From positions 161,075 through 225,074 of the forward strand of contig QPGO01000083.1 of assembly GCA_008632985.1 (NCBI GenBank): a stretch of 64,000 bases of DNA. The letters run 5' to 3'. The position numbers and the translations under genes were made by a program. The stretch comes from Psammoneis japonica. Its lineage: Eukaryota. Numbering within the stretch: position 1 is the stretch's first letter; each line of letters opens with the position of its first letter. Below, piece after piece: positions 49,204 through 62,600 of the stretch. Below the pieces are notes generated by a model. It made no database searches and was not told where the DNA came from. It saw only the letters and a list, made by a program, of their open reading frames with translations.

Positions 49204-52200
49204 GGCAATTTTTTCATGTTCGTGGCCGGTTAAAGGAAAAGAGAAAAAAAGAGGGGAATCAACCGTTGAACACACACACACAATTGACCATGCAACCATG
49301 GCCAGAGTTGCACTGGCTTCTTTTGATCCAGGGTGGTTGCTGCAGGTGCAAAGAGTGGGGCACATTGCAGTTGCAGGAGGGTGACAATGTGGCACTGAGT
49401 GTGTGCCACCAGGCTGAGCAGCCCAGCTTGGGTGTCAGCCAAGCCCTGCCAGGCCAGCTGCCCTGGCTCCAGCTGCTCTTCCCAGTGTGCGTGAGTTGTT
49501 GAAGGAGCACCACATTGACTCAAAGGCTGTGTTTTAAGTGGGGCAGAGAGAAAAAACTGTTGTCTTGGCTGGTGCTTGCTTCAGACCCTGCATCATGAGC
49601 GCAAGCTCCTCTTGAGAAATGAGCGAGAATGGCCATTTTTGGCGCCTCTCTTTGGTTGCCCACTTGGCATTGCCAACAAATCTTGAACCAAACTTCACTC
49701 ACAGTTTCTTCACTCTTCAACCACAAAACCAGGTTCAACTTTTTGTTGGCTTCTTTGTGGCTGGGGTCACTGTTGCAGGCACAAATGGTGGGCACATGCC
49801 ATGTGGCTGCTTGGCAACAAGAGTGTGATGCCAAGCATGTGCTGCACACCAAGGAGCCAAGCAGCCCAGCCCAGCTTTGAATGGAGCCCCAGGACAGCAG
49901 CCAACTCTGGGTGATCTCAGCATGGTGTGCTTGTTTGGGCTGTGCTGCACTCACCCCACAGTGCTCTGTGTTGTGGTGGCTTGTTGTGCAAGCCGTGTGG
50001 CTGAAGAGCCAGCAGCCAGCCAGGGCCCATCTTGCAAAGGCCACAAATGTTGACCCTGTGCAAAGCTGTGTGAGGGGGCAGGCACAGGGATTTGCAATGA
50101 TGGCTTCACAGCCATTGGCCCCAAGTTGGCATTTGATTGGGATCCAGTGCTGAGGGGCTGTGAAGTGTGGGGTTGGGAGCCCAGCCAGCTCGCACTCTCT
50201 TTGTTGTCACAAAGTGCTGCCACAGCTGTCTTTGCATTGCAGCCAGCCAGGTGCGGTTGACCCCAAGTTGGCACTTGATTTGGAGTGACTGCCAAGGAGC
50301 TGTGAAGTGTGGGGTTGGGCAGTCCAGCCAGCTCACACTCTTTGCTGACAGCAGAAAGCACTGTCGCAGCTGTCCTTGCGCACACATGGCCAGAGCAGCC
50401 TTGGCACATCCTGCTGACAAAACTGACAAAGACAGCGACTCTTGTGGTTGAGCCACTCAGCACGCAGGAGATCTGGGCACACTCCTGGGAAGTCAAACAG
50501 GAAGGAGGGCTGAGCATTGCCGCCAGTGCCAGGCACAAATGTCAGCTTGTCTTGAGAGAGATTCGAGCCCACACAGCCCCGCGTTGGGCATCTTTGCTGG
50601 CAAAATGGAAAGCATTCTTGAGCACATTCTGGCATGTGGGCAGCACTGTCACCAAGAGGGCTGCTCTGCAGAGGAAGAGGGAAATGGGCAACAACATTTT
50701 GCAAGAACTGTTTTGTGTCAATGGTCGGGTGGGATGTGGCAGCATCATCTGGACTTTGATGGAGCATTTGGCGGACAAAGCTTGAGCACAGAGAGTTGTC
50801 CACTCAAGCTCCACAAGTGGCACTTTCCAAAGGTGACACCACACATGGGCCATGTGTTCATGCATCAACATGCCTCAAGCTGCAAGTCACACAAAAAAAC
50901 CACCACCAACCTTTCAGCCAACCACCATCATGGACAGAACAGGTCAAGAGGTTCAAAACAAGAGCGATTCATTGACTCTCTTCTGGTTCCATGCATTCAA
51001 GAGCTTCTTGTCCTTCTCAAATGTTTGTTGTGCATTGTTGTCTCTTTTAATTCAAGTGCAAAGAGGAGTCACTTTTCTTGTTTCCATCTCTTGAGATGTT
51101 GTTGGTTGTTGAGTGATGCAACTTTTGTTGTCACATTTTTGGAAATGTTGGCAAACCCGATCACTGCTTGATTGTCAACCCATTTGCTGTTTTAAGTCTC
51201 CATGGCATAAAATGCCATAATTCCAGAGCCCTCAATTGTTTCATCAAACGCAGTGCTTTGAAACACGTCCAACATCAACTCGACTCAGTTGAAATCCCAG
51301 TTTGTGGGCGATGAAAAATCACGAATGTCAAACAAATGGCTACTTTCGACATCAAGATCCCCGAGTTCAATCCAAATGTGACGGTACGCCTCACAGCTTA
51401 TGGCCATGACACATACAAGCATGCCTCATTGTCATCGCGTCGAGCACTCGTATCGAAAATGCCGATAGATCAAAGTTCAGGAAAAGGATGGAATACAAAT
51501 TCATTTGTGAATTCATTAGTGGCATTGGCGTAATGATATTTACGGCAGAAGCAATCTAAAATCCTTATTCATCATTGACATTTCTGTATTGCTCAGATTT
51601 TGAAATCTGACCACTACCGTTAAGCATTTAGCTGTCTTTGTATGGAAGTGGAAATGACACTTAACGATTTACACTAACCATTTAGCTTTCTTTGTGTCGA
51701 AGTGGAAATGACACTTAACGATTTACACTAACCATTTAGCTTACTTTGGCTCGAAGTCAGACAAAGAGATTGGGCTATGGGCTTGTCGTTAACCAGCCAC
51801 GAGCATGAAATCTTTACCGGTGGCGGCAATTTTTTCATGTTCGTGGCCGGTTAAAGGAAAAGAGAAAAAAAGAGGGGAATCAACCGTTGAACACACACAC
51901 ACAATTGACCATGCAACCATGGCCAGAGTTGCACTGGCTTCTTTTGATCCAGGGTGGTTGCTGCAGGTGCAAAGAGTGGGGCACATTGCAGTTGCAGGAG
52001 GGTGACAATGTGGCACTGAGTGTGTGCCACCAGGCTGAGCAGCCCAGCTTGGGTGTCAGCCAAGCCCTGCCAGGCCAGCTGCCCTGGCTCCAGCTGCTCT
52101 TCCCAGTGTGCGTGAGTTGTTGAAGGAGCACCACATTGACTCAAAGGCTGTGTTTTAAGTGGGGCAGAGAGAAAAAACTGTTGTCTTGGCTGGTGCTTGC

Positions 52201-55200
52201 TTCAGACCCTGCATCATGAGCGCAAGCTCCTCTTGAGAAATGAGCGAGAATGGCCATTTTTGGCGCCTCTCTTTGGTTGCCCACTTGGCATTGCCAACAA
52301 ATCTTGAACCAAACTTCACTCACAGTTTCTTCACTCTTCAACCACAAAACCAGGTTCAACTTTTTGTTGGCTTCTTTGTGGCTGGGGTCACTGTTGCAGG
52401 CACAAATGGTGGGCACATGCCATGTGGCTGCTTGGCAACAAGAGTGTGATGCCAAGCATGTGCTGCACACCAAGGAGCCAAGCAGCCCAGCCCAGCTTTG
52501 AATGGAGCCCCAGGACAGCAGCCAACTCTGGGTGATCTCAGCATGGTGTGCTTGTTTGGGCTGTGCTGCACTCACCCCACAGTGCTCTGTGTTGTGGTGG
52601 CTTGTTGTGCAAGCCGTGTGGCTGAAGAGCCAGCAGCCAGCCAGGGCCCATCTTGCAAAGGCCACAAATGTTGACCCTGTGCAAAGCTGTGTGAGGGGCA
52701 GGCACAGGGATTTGCAATGATGGCTTCACAGCCATTGGCCCCAAGTTGGCATTTGATTGGGATCCAGTGCTGAGGGGCTGTGAAGTGTGGGGTTGGGAGC
52801 CCAGCCAGCTCGCACTCTCTTTGTTGTCACAAAGTGCTGCCACAGCTGTCTTTGCATTGCAGCCAGCCAGGTGCGGTTGACCCCAAGTTGGCACTTGATT
52901 TGGAGTGACTGCCAAGGAGCTGTGAAGTGTGGGGTTGGGCAGTCCAGCCAGCTCACACTCTTTGCTGACAGCAGAAAGCACTGTCGCAGCTGTCCTTGCG
53001 CACACATGGCCAGAGCAGCCTTGGCACATCCTGCTGACAAAACTGACAAAGACAGCGACTCTTGTGGTTGAGCCACTCAGCACGCAGGAGATCTGGGCAC
53101 ACTCCTGGGAAGTCAAACAGGAAGGAGGGCTGAGCATTGCCGCCAGTGCCAGGCACAAATGTCAGCTTGTCTTGAGAGAGATTCGAGCCCACACAGCCCC
53201 GCGTTGGGCATCTTTGCTGGCAAAATGGAAAGCATTCTTGAGCACATTCTGGCATGTGGGCAGCACTGTCACCAAGAGGGCTGCTCTGCAGAGGAAGAGG
53301 GAAATGGGCAACAACATTTTGCAAGAACTGTTTTGTGTCAATGGTCGGGTGGGATGTGGCAGCATCATCTGGACTTTGATGGAGCATTTGGCGGACAAAG
53401 CTTGAGCACAGAGAGTTGTCCACTCAAGCTCCACAAGTGGCACTTTCCAAAGGTGACACCACACATGGGCCATGTGTTCATGCATCAACATGCCTCAAGC
53501 TGCAAGTCACACAAAAAAACCACCACCAACCTTTCAGCCAACCACCATCATGGACAGAACAGGTCAAGAGGTTCAAAACAAGAGCGATTCATTGACTCTC
53601 TTCTGGTTCCATGCATTCAAGAGCTTCTTGTCCTTCTCAAATGTTTGTTGTGCATTGTTGTCTCTTTTAATTCAAGTGCAAAGAGGAGTCACTTTTCTTG
53701 TTTCCATCTCTTGAGATGTTGTGGTTGTTGAGTGATGCAACTTTTGTTGTCACATTTTTGGAAATGTTGGCAAACCCGATCACTGCTTGATTGTCAACCC
53801 ATTTGCTGTTTTAAGTCTCCATGGCATAAAATGCCATAATTCCAGAGCCCTCAATTGTTTCATCAAACGCAGTGCTTTGAAACACGTCCAACATCAACTC
53901 GACTCAGTTGAAATCCCAGTTTGTGGGCGATGAAAAATCACGAATGTCAAACAAATGGCTACTTTCGACATCAAGATCCCCGAGTTCAATCCAAATGTGA
54001 CGGTACGCCTCACAGCTTATGGCCATGACACATACAAGCATGCCTCATTGTCATCGCGTCGAGCACTCGTATCGAAAATGCCGATAGATCAAAGTTCAGG
54101 AAAAGGATGGAATACAAATTCATTTGTGAATTCATTAGTGGCATTGGCGTAATGATATTTACGGCAGAAGCAATCTAAAATCCTTATTCATCATTGACAT
54201 TTCTGTATTGCTCAGATTTTGAAATCTGACCACTACCGTTAAGCATTTAGCTGTCTTTGTATGGAAGTGGAAATGACACTTAACGATTTACACTAACCAT
54301 TTAGCTTTCTTTGTGTCGAAGTGGAAATGACACTTAACGATTTACACTAACCATTTAGCTTACTTTGGCTCGAAGTCAGACAAAGAGATTGGGCTATGGG
54401 CTTGTGGTTAACCAGCCACGAGCATGAAATCTTTACCGGTGGCGGCAATTTTTTCATGTTCGTGGCCGGTTAAAGGAAAAGAGAAAAAAAGAGGGGAATC
54501 AACCGTTGAACACACACACACAATTGACCATGCAACCATGGCCAGAGTTGCACTGGCTTCTTTTGATCCAGGGTGGTTGCTGCAGGTGCAAAGAGTGGGG
54601 CACATTGCAGTTGCAGGAGGGTGACAATGTGGCACTGAGTGTGTGCCACCAGGCTGAGCAGCCCAGCTTGGGTGTCAGCCAAGCCCTGCCAGGCCAGCTG
54701 CCCTGGCTCCAGCTGCTCTTCCCAGTGTGCGTGAGTTATTGAAGGAGCACCACATTGACTCAAAGGCTGTGTTTTAAGTGGGGCAGAGAGAAAAAACTGT
54801 TGTCTTGGCTGGTGCTTGCTTCAGACCCTGCATCATGAGCGCAAGCTCCTCTTGAGAAATGAGCGAGAATGGCCATTTTTGGCGCCTCTCTTTGGTTGCC
54901 CACTTGGCATTGCCAACAAATCTTGAACCAAACTTCACTCACAGTTTCTTCACTCTTCAACCACAAAACCAGGTTCAACTTTTTGTTGGCTTCTTTGTGG
55001 CTGGGGTCACTGTTGCAGGCACAAATGGTGGGCACATGCCATGTGGCTGCTTGGCAACAAGAGTGTGATGCCAAGCATGTGCTGCACACCAAGGAGCCAA
55101 GCAGCCCAGCCCAGCTTTGAATGGAGCCCCAGGACAGCAGCCAACTCTGGGTGATCTCAGCATGGTCAATTGTGTGTGTGTGTTCAACGGTTGATTCCCC

Positions 55201-57854
55201 TCTTTTTTTCTCTTTTCCTTTAACCGGCCACGAACATGAAAAAATTGCCGCCACCGGTAAAGATTTCATGCTCGTGGCTGGTTAACGACAAGCCCATAGC
55301 CCAATCTCTTTGTCTGACTTCGAGCCAAAGTAAGCTAAATGGCCAGTGTAAATCGTTAAGTGTCATTTCCACTTCGACACAAAGAAAGCTAAATGGTCAG
55401 TGTAAATCGTTAAGTGTCGTTTCCACTTCGACACAAAGAAAGCTAAATGCTTGACGGTGGTGGTCAGATTTCAAATTCTGAGCAATACAGAAATGTCAAT
55501 GATGAACAAGGATTTTTGATCGCTTCTGCCGTAAATGTCATTACGCCAATGCCACTCTAGTGAATGCACAAATGAATTTGCATTCCATCCTTTTCCTGAA
55601 CTTTGATCTATCGGCATTTTCGATACGAGCATACGCGATGACAACAATGAGGCATGCTTGTATGTGTCATGGCCATAAGCTGTGAGGCGCACCGTCACAT
55701 TTGGATTGAACTCGGGGATCTTGATGTCGAAAGCAGCCATTTGTTTGACATTCGTGATTTTTCATCGCCCACAAACTGGGATTTCAACTGAGTCGAGTTG
55801 ATGTTGGACGTGTTTCAAAGCACTGCGTTTGATGAAACAATTGAGGGCTCTGGAATTATGGCATTTTATGCCATGGAGACTTAAAACAGTAAATGGGTTG
55901 ACAGTCAAGCAGTGATCGGGTTTGCCAACATTTCCAAAAATGTGACAAGCAACAAAAATTGCATCACTCAACAACCAACAACATCTCAAGAGACAGAAAC
56001 AAGAAAAGTGACTCCTCTTTGCACTTAAATTAAAAGAGACAACAATGCACAACAAACATTTGAAAAGGACAAGAACAAGCTCTTGAATGCATGAAACAAG
56101 AAGAGAGTCAATGAAGCAATCACTCTTGTTTCGAACCTCTTGACCTGTTCTGTCCATGATGGTGGTTGGTTGAGAAAGGTTGGTGGTGGTTTTTTTGTGA
56201 CTTGCAGCTTGAGGCATGTTGATGCATGAACACATTGGTGTCACCTTTGAAATGTGCCACTTGTGGAGCTTGAGTGGACAGCTCTCTGTGCTCAAGCTTT
56301 GTCCACCAAATGCTCCGTCAAAGTCCAGATGCTGCCCGCCCCCCATCCCACCCGACCATTGACACAAAACAGTTCTTGCAAAATGTTGTTGCCTGTTTCC
56401 CTCTTCCTCTGCAGAGCAGCTCTCTTGGTGACAGTGCTGCCCACATCCCAGAATGTGCTCAAGAATGCTTTCTAACTTGCCAGCCAAGACACCCAACTCG
56501 GGGCTGTGTGGGCTCAAATCTCTCTCAAGACAAGCTGACATTTGTGCCTGGCACTGGCGGCAATGCTGCACCCTCCTTCCCATTTGACTTCCCAGGAGTG
56601 TGCCCAGACCTCCTGCATGCCAGGTGGCTCAACCACAAGAGTCGCCATCTTTGCCAGCTTTGTCAGCAGGATGTGCCAAGGCTGCTCTGGCCATGTGTGC
56701 ACCTGGCTGGCACCACAATGCAAGGACAGCTGCGACAGCACTTTCTGCTGTCAGCAAAGAGTGTGAGCTGGCTGGACTGCCCAACCCCACACTTCACAGC
56801 TCCTTGGCAGTCACTCTAAATCACGTGCCAACTTGGGGTCAACCACACCTGGCTGGCTGCAATGCAAAGACAGCTGTGGCAGTGCTTTGTGGCAGAGTGT
56901 GAGCTCCTGGCTGGGCTCCCAACCCCACACTTCACAGCCCCTCAGCAATGGCTCCCAACCAAATGACAACTTGGACCAATGGCTGTGAAGTGCCATTGTT
57001 TCAATTCCTGTGCCTGGCCCCTCACACAGCTTTGCACAGGGTCAACATGTGTGTGTGGCCTTTGCAAGATGGGCCCCTGGCTGGCTGCTGACTCAGCCAC
57101 GGCTTGCAACAAGAAGCCACCACAACACAGAGCATTGTGGGGTGAGTGCAGCACAGCTTGAACAAGCAAACCATGCTGAGATCACCCAGAGTTGGCTGCT
57201 GTCCTGGGGCTCCATTCAAAGCTGAGCTGGGCTGCTTGGCTCCTTGGTGTGCAGCACATGCTTGGCATCACATTCTTGTTGCCAAGCAGCCACATGGCAT
57301 GTGCCCACCATTTGTGTCTGCAACAGCGACCCCAGCCACAAAGAAAAAGTTGAACCTGGTTTTGTGGTTGAAGAGTGAAGAAACTGTGAGTGAAGTTGGG
57401 TTCAAGATTTGTTGGCAATGCCAAGTGGGCAGCCAAAGAGAGGCACCAAAAATGGCTGTTCTTGCTCATTTCTCAAGAGGAGCTTGCACTCATGATGCAG
57501 GGTCTGAAGCAAGCACCAGTCAAGATGACAGTTTTTTCTCTCTGCCCCACTTGAAACACAGCCTTTGAGTCAATGTGGTGCTCCTTCAACAATTCGCACA
57601 CACACTGGGATGAGCAGAGCTGGAGCCAGGGCAGCTGGCCTGGCAGGGCTTGGCTGACACCCAAGCTGGGCTGCTCAGCTTGGTGGCACACACTCAGTGT
57701 CACATCTCTTTGCACCTGCAGCAACCACCCTGGACCAAAAGAAGCCAGTGCAACTCTGGCCCTGGTTGCATGGTCAATTGTGTGTGTGTTCAATGGTCGA
57801 ATCCCCTCTTTTTTTCTCTTTTCCTTCAACCGGCCACGAACATGAAAAATTGCC
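49204..57854. mobile_element. Composite array of a ~2.6-kb TIR element (Merlin-like termini): two tandem units, a partial unit, an inversion and a diverged inverted unit
   Basis: 8-bp TSD GAATTCTT (49196-49203 / 57855-57862). Units at 49204-51818, 51825-54437, 54444-55166 (partial), inverted 55160-55249 and inverted 55256-57854. TIRs GGCAATTTTTTCATGTTCGTGGCCGGTTAA / GGTAAAGATTTCATGCTCGTGGCTGGTTAA. No transposase could be confidently read. Confidence 0.85.
51625..51757 (+). repeat. Subterminal 54-bp tandem repeat (~2.5 copies), also present in the other full units
   Basis: CATTTAGCT..GAAGTGGAAATGACACTTAACGATTTACACTAAC starting at 51625, 51679 and 51733. Confidence 0.9.
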
Positions 57855-58819
57855 GAATTCTTCGGATTCTTGGAATTGTCATTGAGGACATGAGAGGTTG
57901 TGGGGACATCCTAAAAAATCGATAAATTCCCTGCGACGGGTGCGTGGCACGGTTTTTCAGGAGAGCTCGAAAGTTCTGAAAAATTGGGATTGCCGGCGTG
58001 GCATGTTCAAAAATGCATTCAGTTGCACACAAAGACAATTTGTCGTGAATTCTACACGAAAAAGTCACACTGGGGAAAACACATCAAACAACAAGTGAGT
58101 TTGTGTGATGCGCTGTCATGGCGATAAATTGGAAAAAAGAGTGTCCGAGCACCTCGCCACAGCCCCAAAAATGGCATGAGACATCAAACACAACGGTCAT
58201 CCGCGTCACTGGTGCGGCGGCCATGCTGCTCAGCCGCCACAATGCCAGCCCGGCGGCAGGGCCCTGTGCACGTACAGGCAATGCAGCATGCAACAGCACA
58301 CACCCACACCCACAAAGAAAGACAAGTGGTCAATGCTCCCCGCAGGCCTGGTTCAGGATTTTCTGCTGTGCGAGAAACGCACACTGGCAGTGCGACACGC
58401 GCCTCATTCAATCATTGCCAAAAAGCGGCGACATGGTGGTGGTGCATTGTTGCAGCGATGGCAATGACAGTGCACTCCCCAGCATTCGGGAGTGAAGCAA
58501 GAGGTCTGCACATGTCATGTGGACAATTTTGTGTTGTGCAGATGTCTGCACAATCAGTGCGTTGCATGCATTTCTGCGCAACATCTCTTGCACTACAAAT
58601 TCGGAAACAATTGCGCGATTTCTCGCCCAAAGCAATGATTGGAGCTTTGCGCAGATGTCCATTGAAGCAAAAGAGGGGAAGGAAAGACACCAGCAAACAC
58701 CACAGCCTTGAACGGATCGAGCGCCAATGGCGGCGTTCTTCGCTGCAGCTCGTCGCCGCCTGCCGAGGCTGCAGCAGCTGCTGCAATTTTGAACAAAGAG
58801 CAACACATGCCTGCACTGC

Positions 58820-59660
58820 CACCAGCATGGCTGCCACCCCTCCTGGTGGTGCCATGGGTGCCAGTGCACCTCCAGCACCCCCAAAAACCTGTCAAGAAAA
58901 ATGGACAGCTGACAGCGACCACCTTGGCAGGGCATGTTCCGAGCTCCTGCCACCAATGCCACAACCCCGTTGGACTCAGACGCCACTCTGGATCATGTGC
59001 TGGCACCCAGCAACGTCATGCCCAAAGCATTTTTGGCTCTGGCCAACGACAGCGCCGGTGGGTTGCAAGTCACCTGCCTGCACCGCCCTTCAGCCTGCAC
59101 CCATGACCCATTTGCCACGTCACCCTGGGGTGGAGGAGTCTTCTGCTTCCAAGGGAGTGCACCACCCGGGAACTTCATCAGTGTCCCCAGCGTGCCTGAT
59201 GACCCCTTTGAGATGGCAGGACCACAAGCAGTTCCAACAGTTGCCAACATGGCGGCGTTGGAAGGGGCGCTTCTCAACAAAGAGGATTTGACCCCCCCCT
59301 CAAACTGACAGCGCACCCCGGACACCGAGACTGCCATGGTTCGAACCATGGCTCAATCCCCACACACTTGCATGTGTCTGGTGCTCACCCACAATCTGAC
59401 CCCTCTGCAAGCCTGGAGAGAGCCAGGGGGCACCATTCAGAATGACGGCAGAGCCAGGAACCTGGCGCCACTCATCGACTGGTTGCAAGTTGCCCTCACC
59501 TCCAACACAGCCGCTGCGCTTGATCCTGTCCACTGCATGGATGATCGAGTTGCCACCTTGCCACCATTGGCAGTGGATGCTGGGTTGCAAGAACATTGGT
59601 GGAAAATCCTCCAACAAGACCTGCCAGCCTTGGACACTTGCTGCGAGTTCTGCATGTGAA
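58820..59660 (+). mobile_element. Decayed gag-like fragment, probably Ngaro/DIRS-type
   Basis: PKAFLALA..LQVTCLHRPS....SPWGGGVFCFQG..LAPLIDWLQVA resembles the 37900-38400 region (IQVTHCVS..QPWDNK) upstream of the Ngaro-type RT. Confidence 0.4.
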
Positions 59661-62600
59661 TGTGAGCTTGTCAAAATGCACAGTTTTGCGCACCCAAACA
59701 AATTTTCCTCCACATGCACGTGAAGGTCTGCAGAAAAGTGAGCAAACACACTGAAAACATTTTCAATGCTGACAAAAAAAATGGCTGTTTGATGGCTCGA
59801 ACAGGCAACTGCCGAAGTGCTTCTCAAAAGTGGTCCAGATTGCATGATCCACAGATGCACACTGTCAATCAACATGAGTGCACTGTTGAGTGAACAGAGC
59901 TTGCCATCCAACAAATGGAGTCGCTGTGCACAAAATGGAACACTCCATCTGTGCCACATTGTCTGCATGGGTTTGTGCACTTTCAGTCATGTCTCGCACA
60001 CAAAAAAGTGGGTGCCCGCCAAAGCAAGCTCTTTTGCCTCAAAAATGTGTTGAGATGATGGGGATCTTGCCATTTGCTTCCACACTTGTGGCCCTCTTTC
60101 TTTGCTGTCTGTCCTGAATGGCATCCCACTCAAACAGAGCTCCATCAGCAAAGGAAGTTGACGACACATTGCTGGAGAAGGTGCACTCTTTTTTGTCAGA
60201 ATGGCAACACTTTCTGGCTCCTGGTAACTTTGTTCTGTGTTGGAGGTCTCTGACTGGCTGTTGGGGAGACCATTTTGAAAAATGGGTGCAGCCCACCAAT
60301 GGGGCATTGCAAGATGAATCCCGCTGTCTGCTGGCATGTTCAATTGCACCTTCAGAGCCAGCTGCCACTTCTGCTGCCAGTGGAGCATCACACTGTGTTT
60401 TAAAGAGAATGAACAAAACAAGACGCCATTGCAAAGAACACACGAGCAAGGCTGTTCCTGAGCTTGTGGTGATGTGCAACTTGGAGCACCCTGGGCAAAA
60501 ACAGGGTCGTCCTTTTCAGGCCAGACACAGCTGTCACAGCTGTTGCCTTCCCAAGCAATGCAGAAAATCTTGGTCCTGATTTCTTGCCATGCCCACCTGG
60601 TTGGTCTCTCTTCCACAATTTCATCCAACTTCAGTTGTCATGGACTGACCCTCATTGTGATTTCAAATCCACCAAACTTGTCCACTGCAAGTTGCACGGC
60701 CAGGTGCACTGTGACAAATTGGCCGGGTGGTTGTTCAGGTGGCTTGGCTTTGGGTGATTCACAGTCCTCCTTCATGTCTTGGAGGCATGATGAAAGTGTT
60801 GCTCAAGAGAAAATAAAGAATGCACCCTTGTCAGGAATGTCTTGCATGAACTTGATGATTTTGGGAGCAAACTTGGGTGGAGTCAATGTGTGCTTCACCC
60901 TGTCACTCAGCAGCTGGACCAGTCATTTGCAGACAGTGTTGGAGTCACATCACACTCACATCGGCACAAAAAGCTCATCTCCCCCACTTGCATTCAAAAG
61001 AGAGTTTGCAGCTTGCCTTCTGGTCCTTGATGGTCCATGTGAAAGTTGGCAAACAGAAGGTCGAGGGCAAGTGTGTGGTTGACAACCTTCTGCTCCACAA
61101 ATTCACAGAGCTCTTTGTTGTCCATTGGAGCTGCTGCATCATCATGTCCCTGTCTTTTCACTTGCTGCTGGACTTAAAACAACATCCTGGACTGTTCCAA
61201 GATGGCGTCAATGATCAAAAAGCAGATTTTTCCAAGAGCACAAGACACAGAATGTGGCAGCCATGGAGGCTGCCCATCTTCAGCTCTGCCAGAATCCAAG
61301 CCAGCCATTCACAGAGAATGAAGTGGAGCTCATTGAGTTTCTCTTTGCATTCTTTGTTGGTGGTTTCTTCCAACAGCTCATCAAGGTGCATCTTGATTTG
61401 CATGTTCTTGATGATTCTTGGACTGAAAGACAGTGAGGCATTTTGGCCTGCTTGCAGTCACACTCCCCAGACACAATCGCAATGATTTGCGGAACATGTG
61501 CTCTGCTTCATTTTGAGTTCACACCATCAGCAGGGAAATGAACAGCACTGCATCAGCAGCTGATGGCGAACATGCTGGTGGCCCTCATCAACAGCCCTGA
61601 TGTGGTGCTTGACTTGCCCCTTGGAGTGGACTTTTGCACCAGGCTCCAGCTGGACCACCTTGCTTGTGCCCCATGCCTGGTGCAATGTGTGTCCCTGGAT
61701 CACAATGGTCCAGAAGCTGGGCCCCTGGCTTTGGATTGTGCTGCTGAATCCAGCCAGCAGCTTGATCAGCATCCCAAGCAGGGTTCCTTGGCAGGACTCA
61801 CCTCACAGGTGTGCCAGCTTGGGTCCGTTTTTGCTGAGTTGGATGCCGGGCGGGTCAAGCCAGGCCAGGTTCAAGGCATCAACATTGACCGGCCGCTTGC
61901 TGCCATTGTCGATCGCACCGCACATGATGATGGCGATGACAGTGCACTCCCCAGCGTTTGGGAGTGAAGAGGTCTCCACAACATGCAGACAATTTTACAT
62001 TGCGCAGAAATCTGCGCGCAATCAGTGGGCAGCATGTTTCTGCGCAATGTCTCTCGTAACTTCCGACCCAACTCCCTGAATGAAGGGAGAAAGAGTTCAG
62101 ATGCAATGCTCAGGTCTGCTCTCTAGCTGCCAGAGAGCAGGCATGTAGACCTCGGTGTCAAGAGGGCGCGGTCCAGAGATCGCCTGGTGCACTTTTTGTG
62201 CAGAAACTGCACAAGAGCCAAGCACGTGCATTCCCACACAGATGCAGCACAAAAACACAAAGCGGCGCTCCATCACGACTCCTCGCGACACACCACCTGA
62301 CAACAATCCATCAAAATGGCGCCATCCACATCTTTCTGCAGCTCCTCTTTCACTTGCCCCGATTTCTCCAAAAGGGCCCAGGGGCAGCTCGCACACTTGT
62401 GTCATGACAGAACAGTGCAAACACAAGTTGTTTTTTCATTCCAAAATCTCAGAATGGTGCAGTGCAACAGGGGTTGTCAAAGCAAACTCGCATGTTGGCT
62501 GCATCAGCCAAATCAACACCTTGTTTGCTGTTCACTCTGGAGCAACAACAGAGATGCAGCACCCTGACAAAATGCGCTCTGCACTCGACAAATTGCGAAG

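Larger units (their letters stand above)
42128..58356 (+). mobile_element. Copy 2 of the HINE-like repeat, split into 42128-42147, 49064-49203 and 57855-58356 by two insertions
   Basis: Removing the Copia and the TIR array (plus one TSD each) gives a sequence colinear with 12081-12764. Confidence 0.85.

Noticed and set aside
51625..51757. CRISPR-like array
   Set aside because: Contiguous 54-bp tandem units without unique spacers, in a eukaryotic TE context with no cas genes.
49204..54437. Units 1 and 2 as proof of a very recent biological duplication
   Set aside because: They differ by only about two 1-bp indels and one substitution that I could see, so an assembly duplication cannot be excluded.
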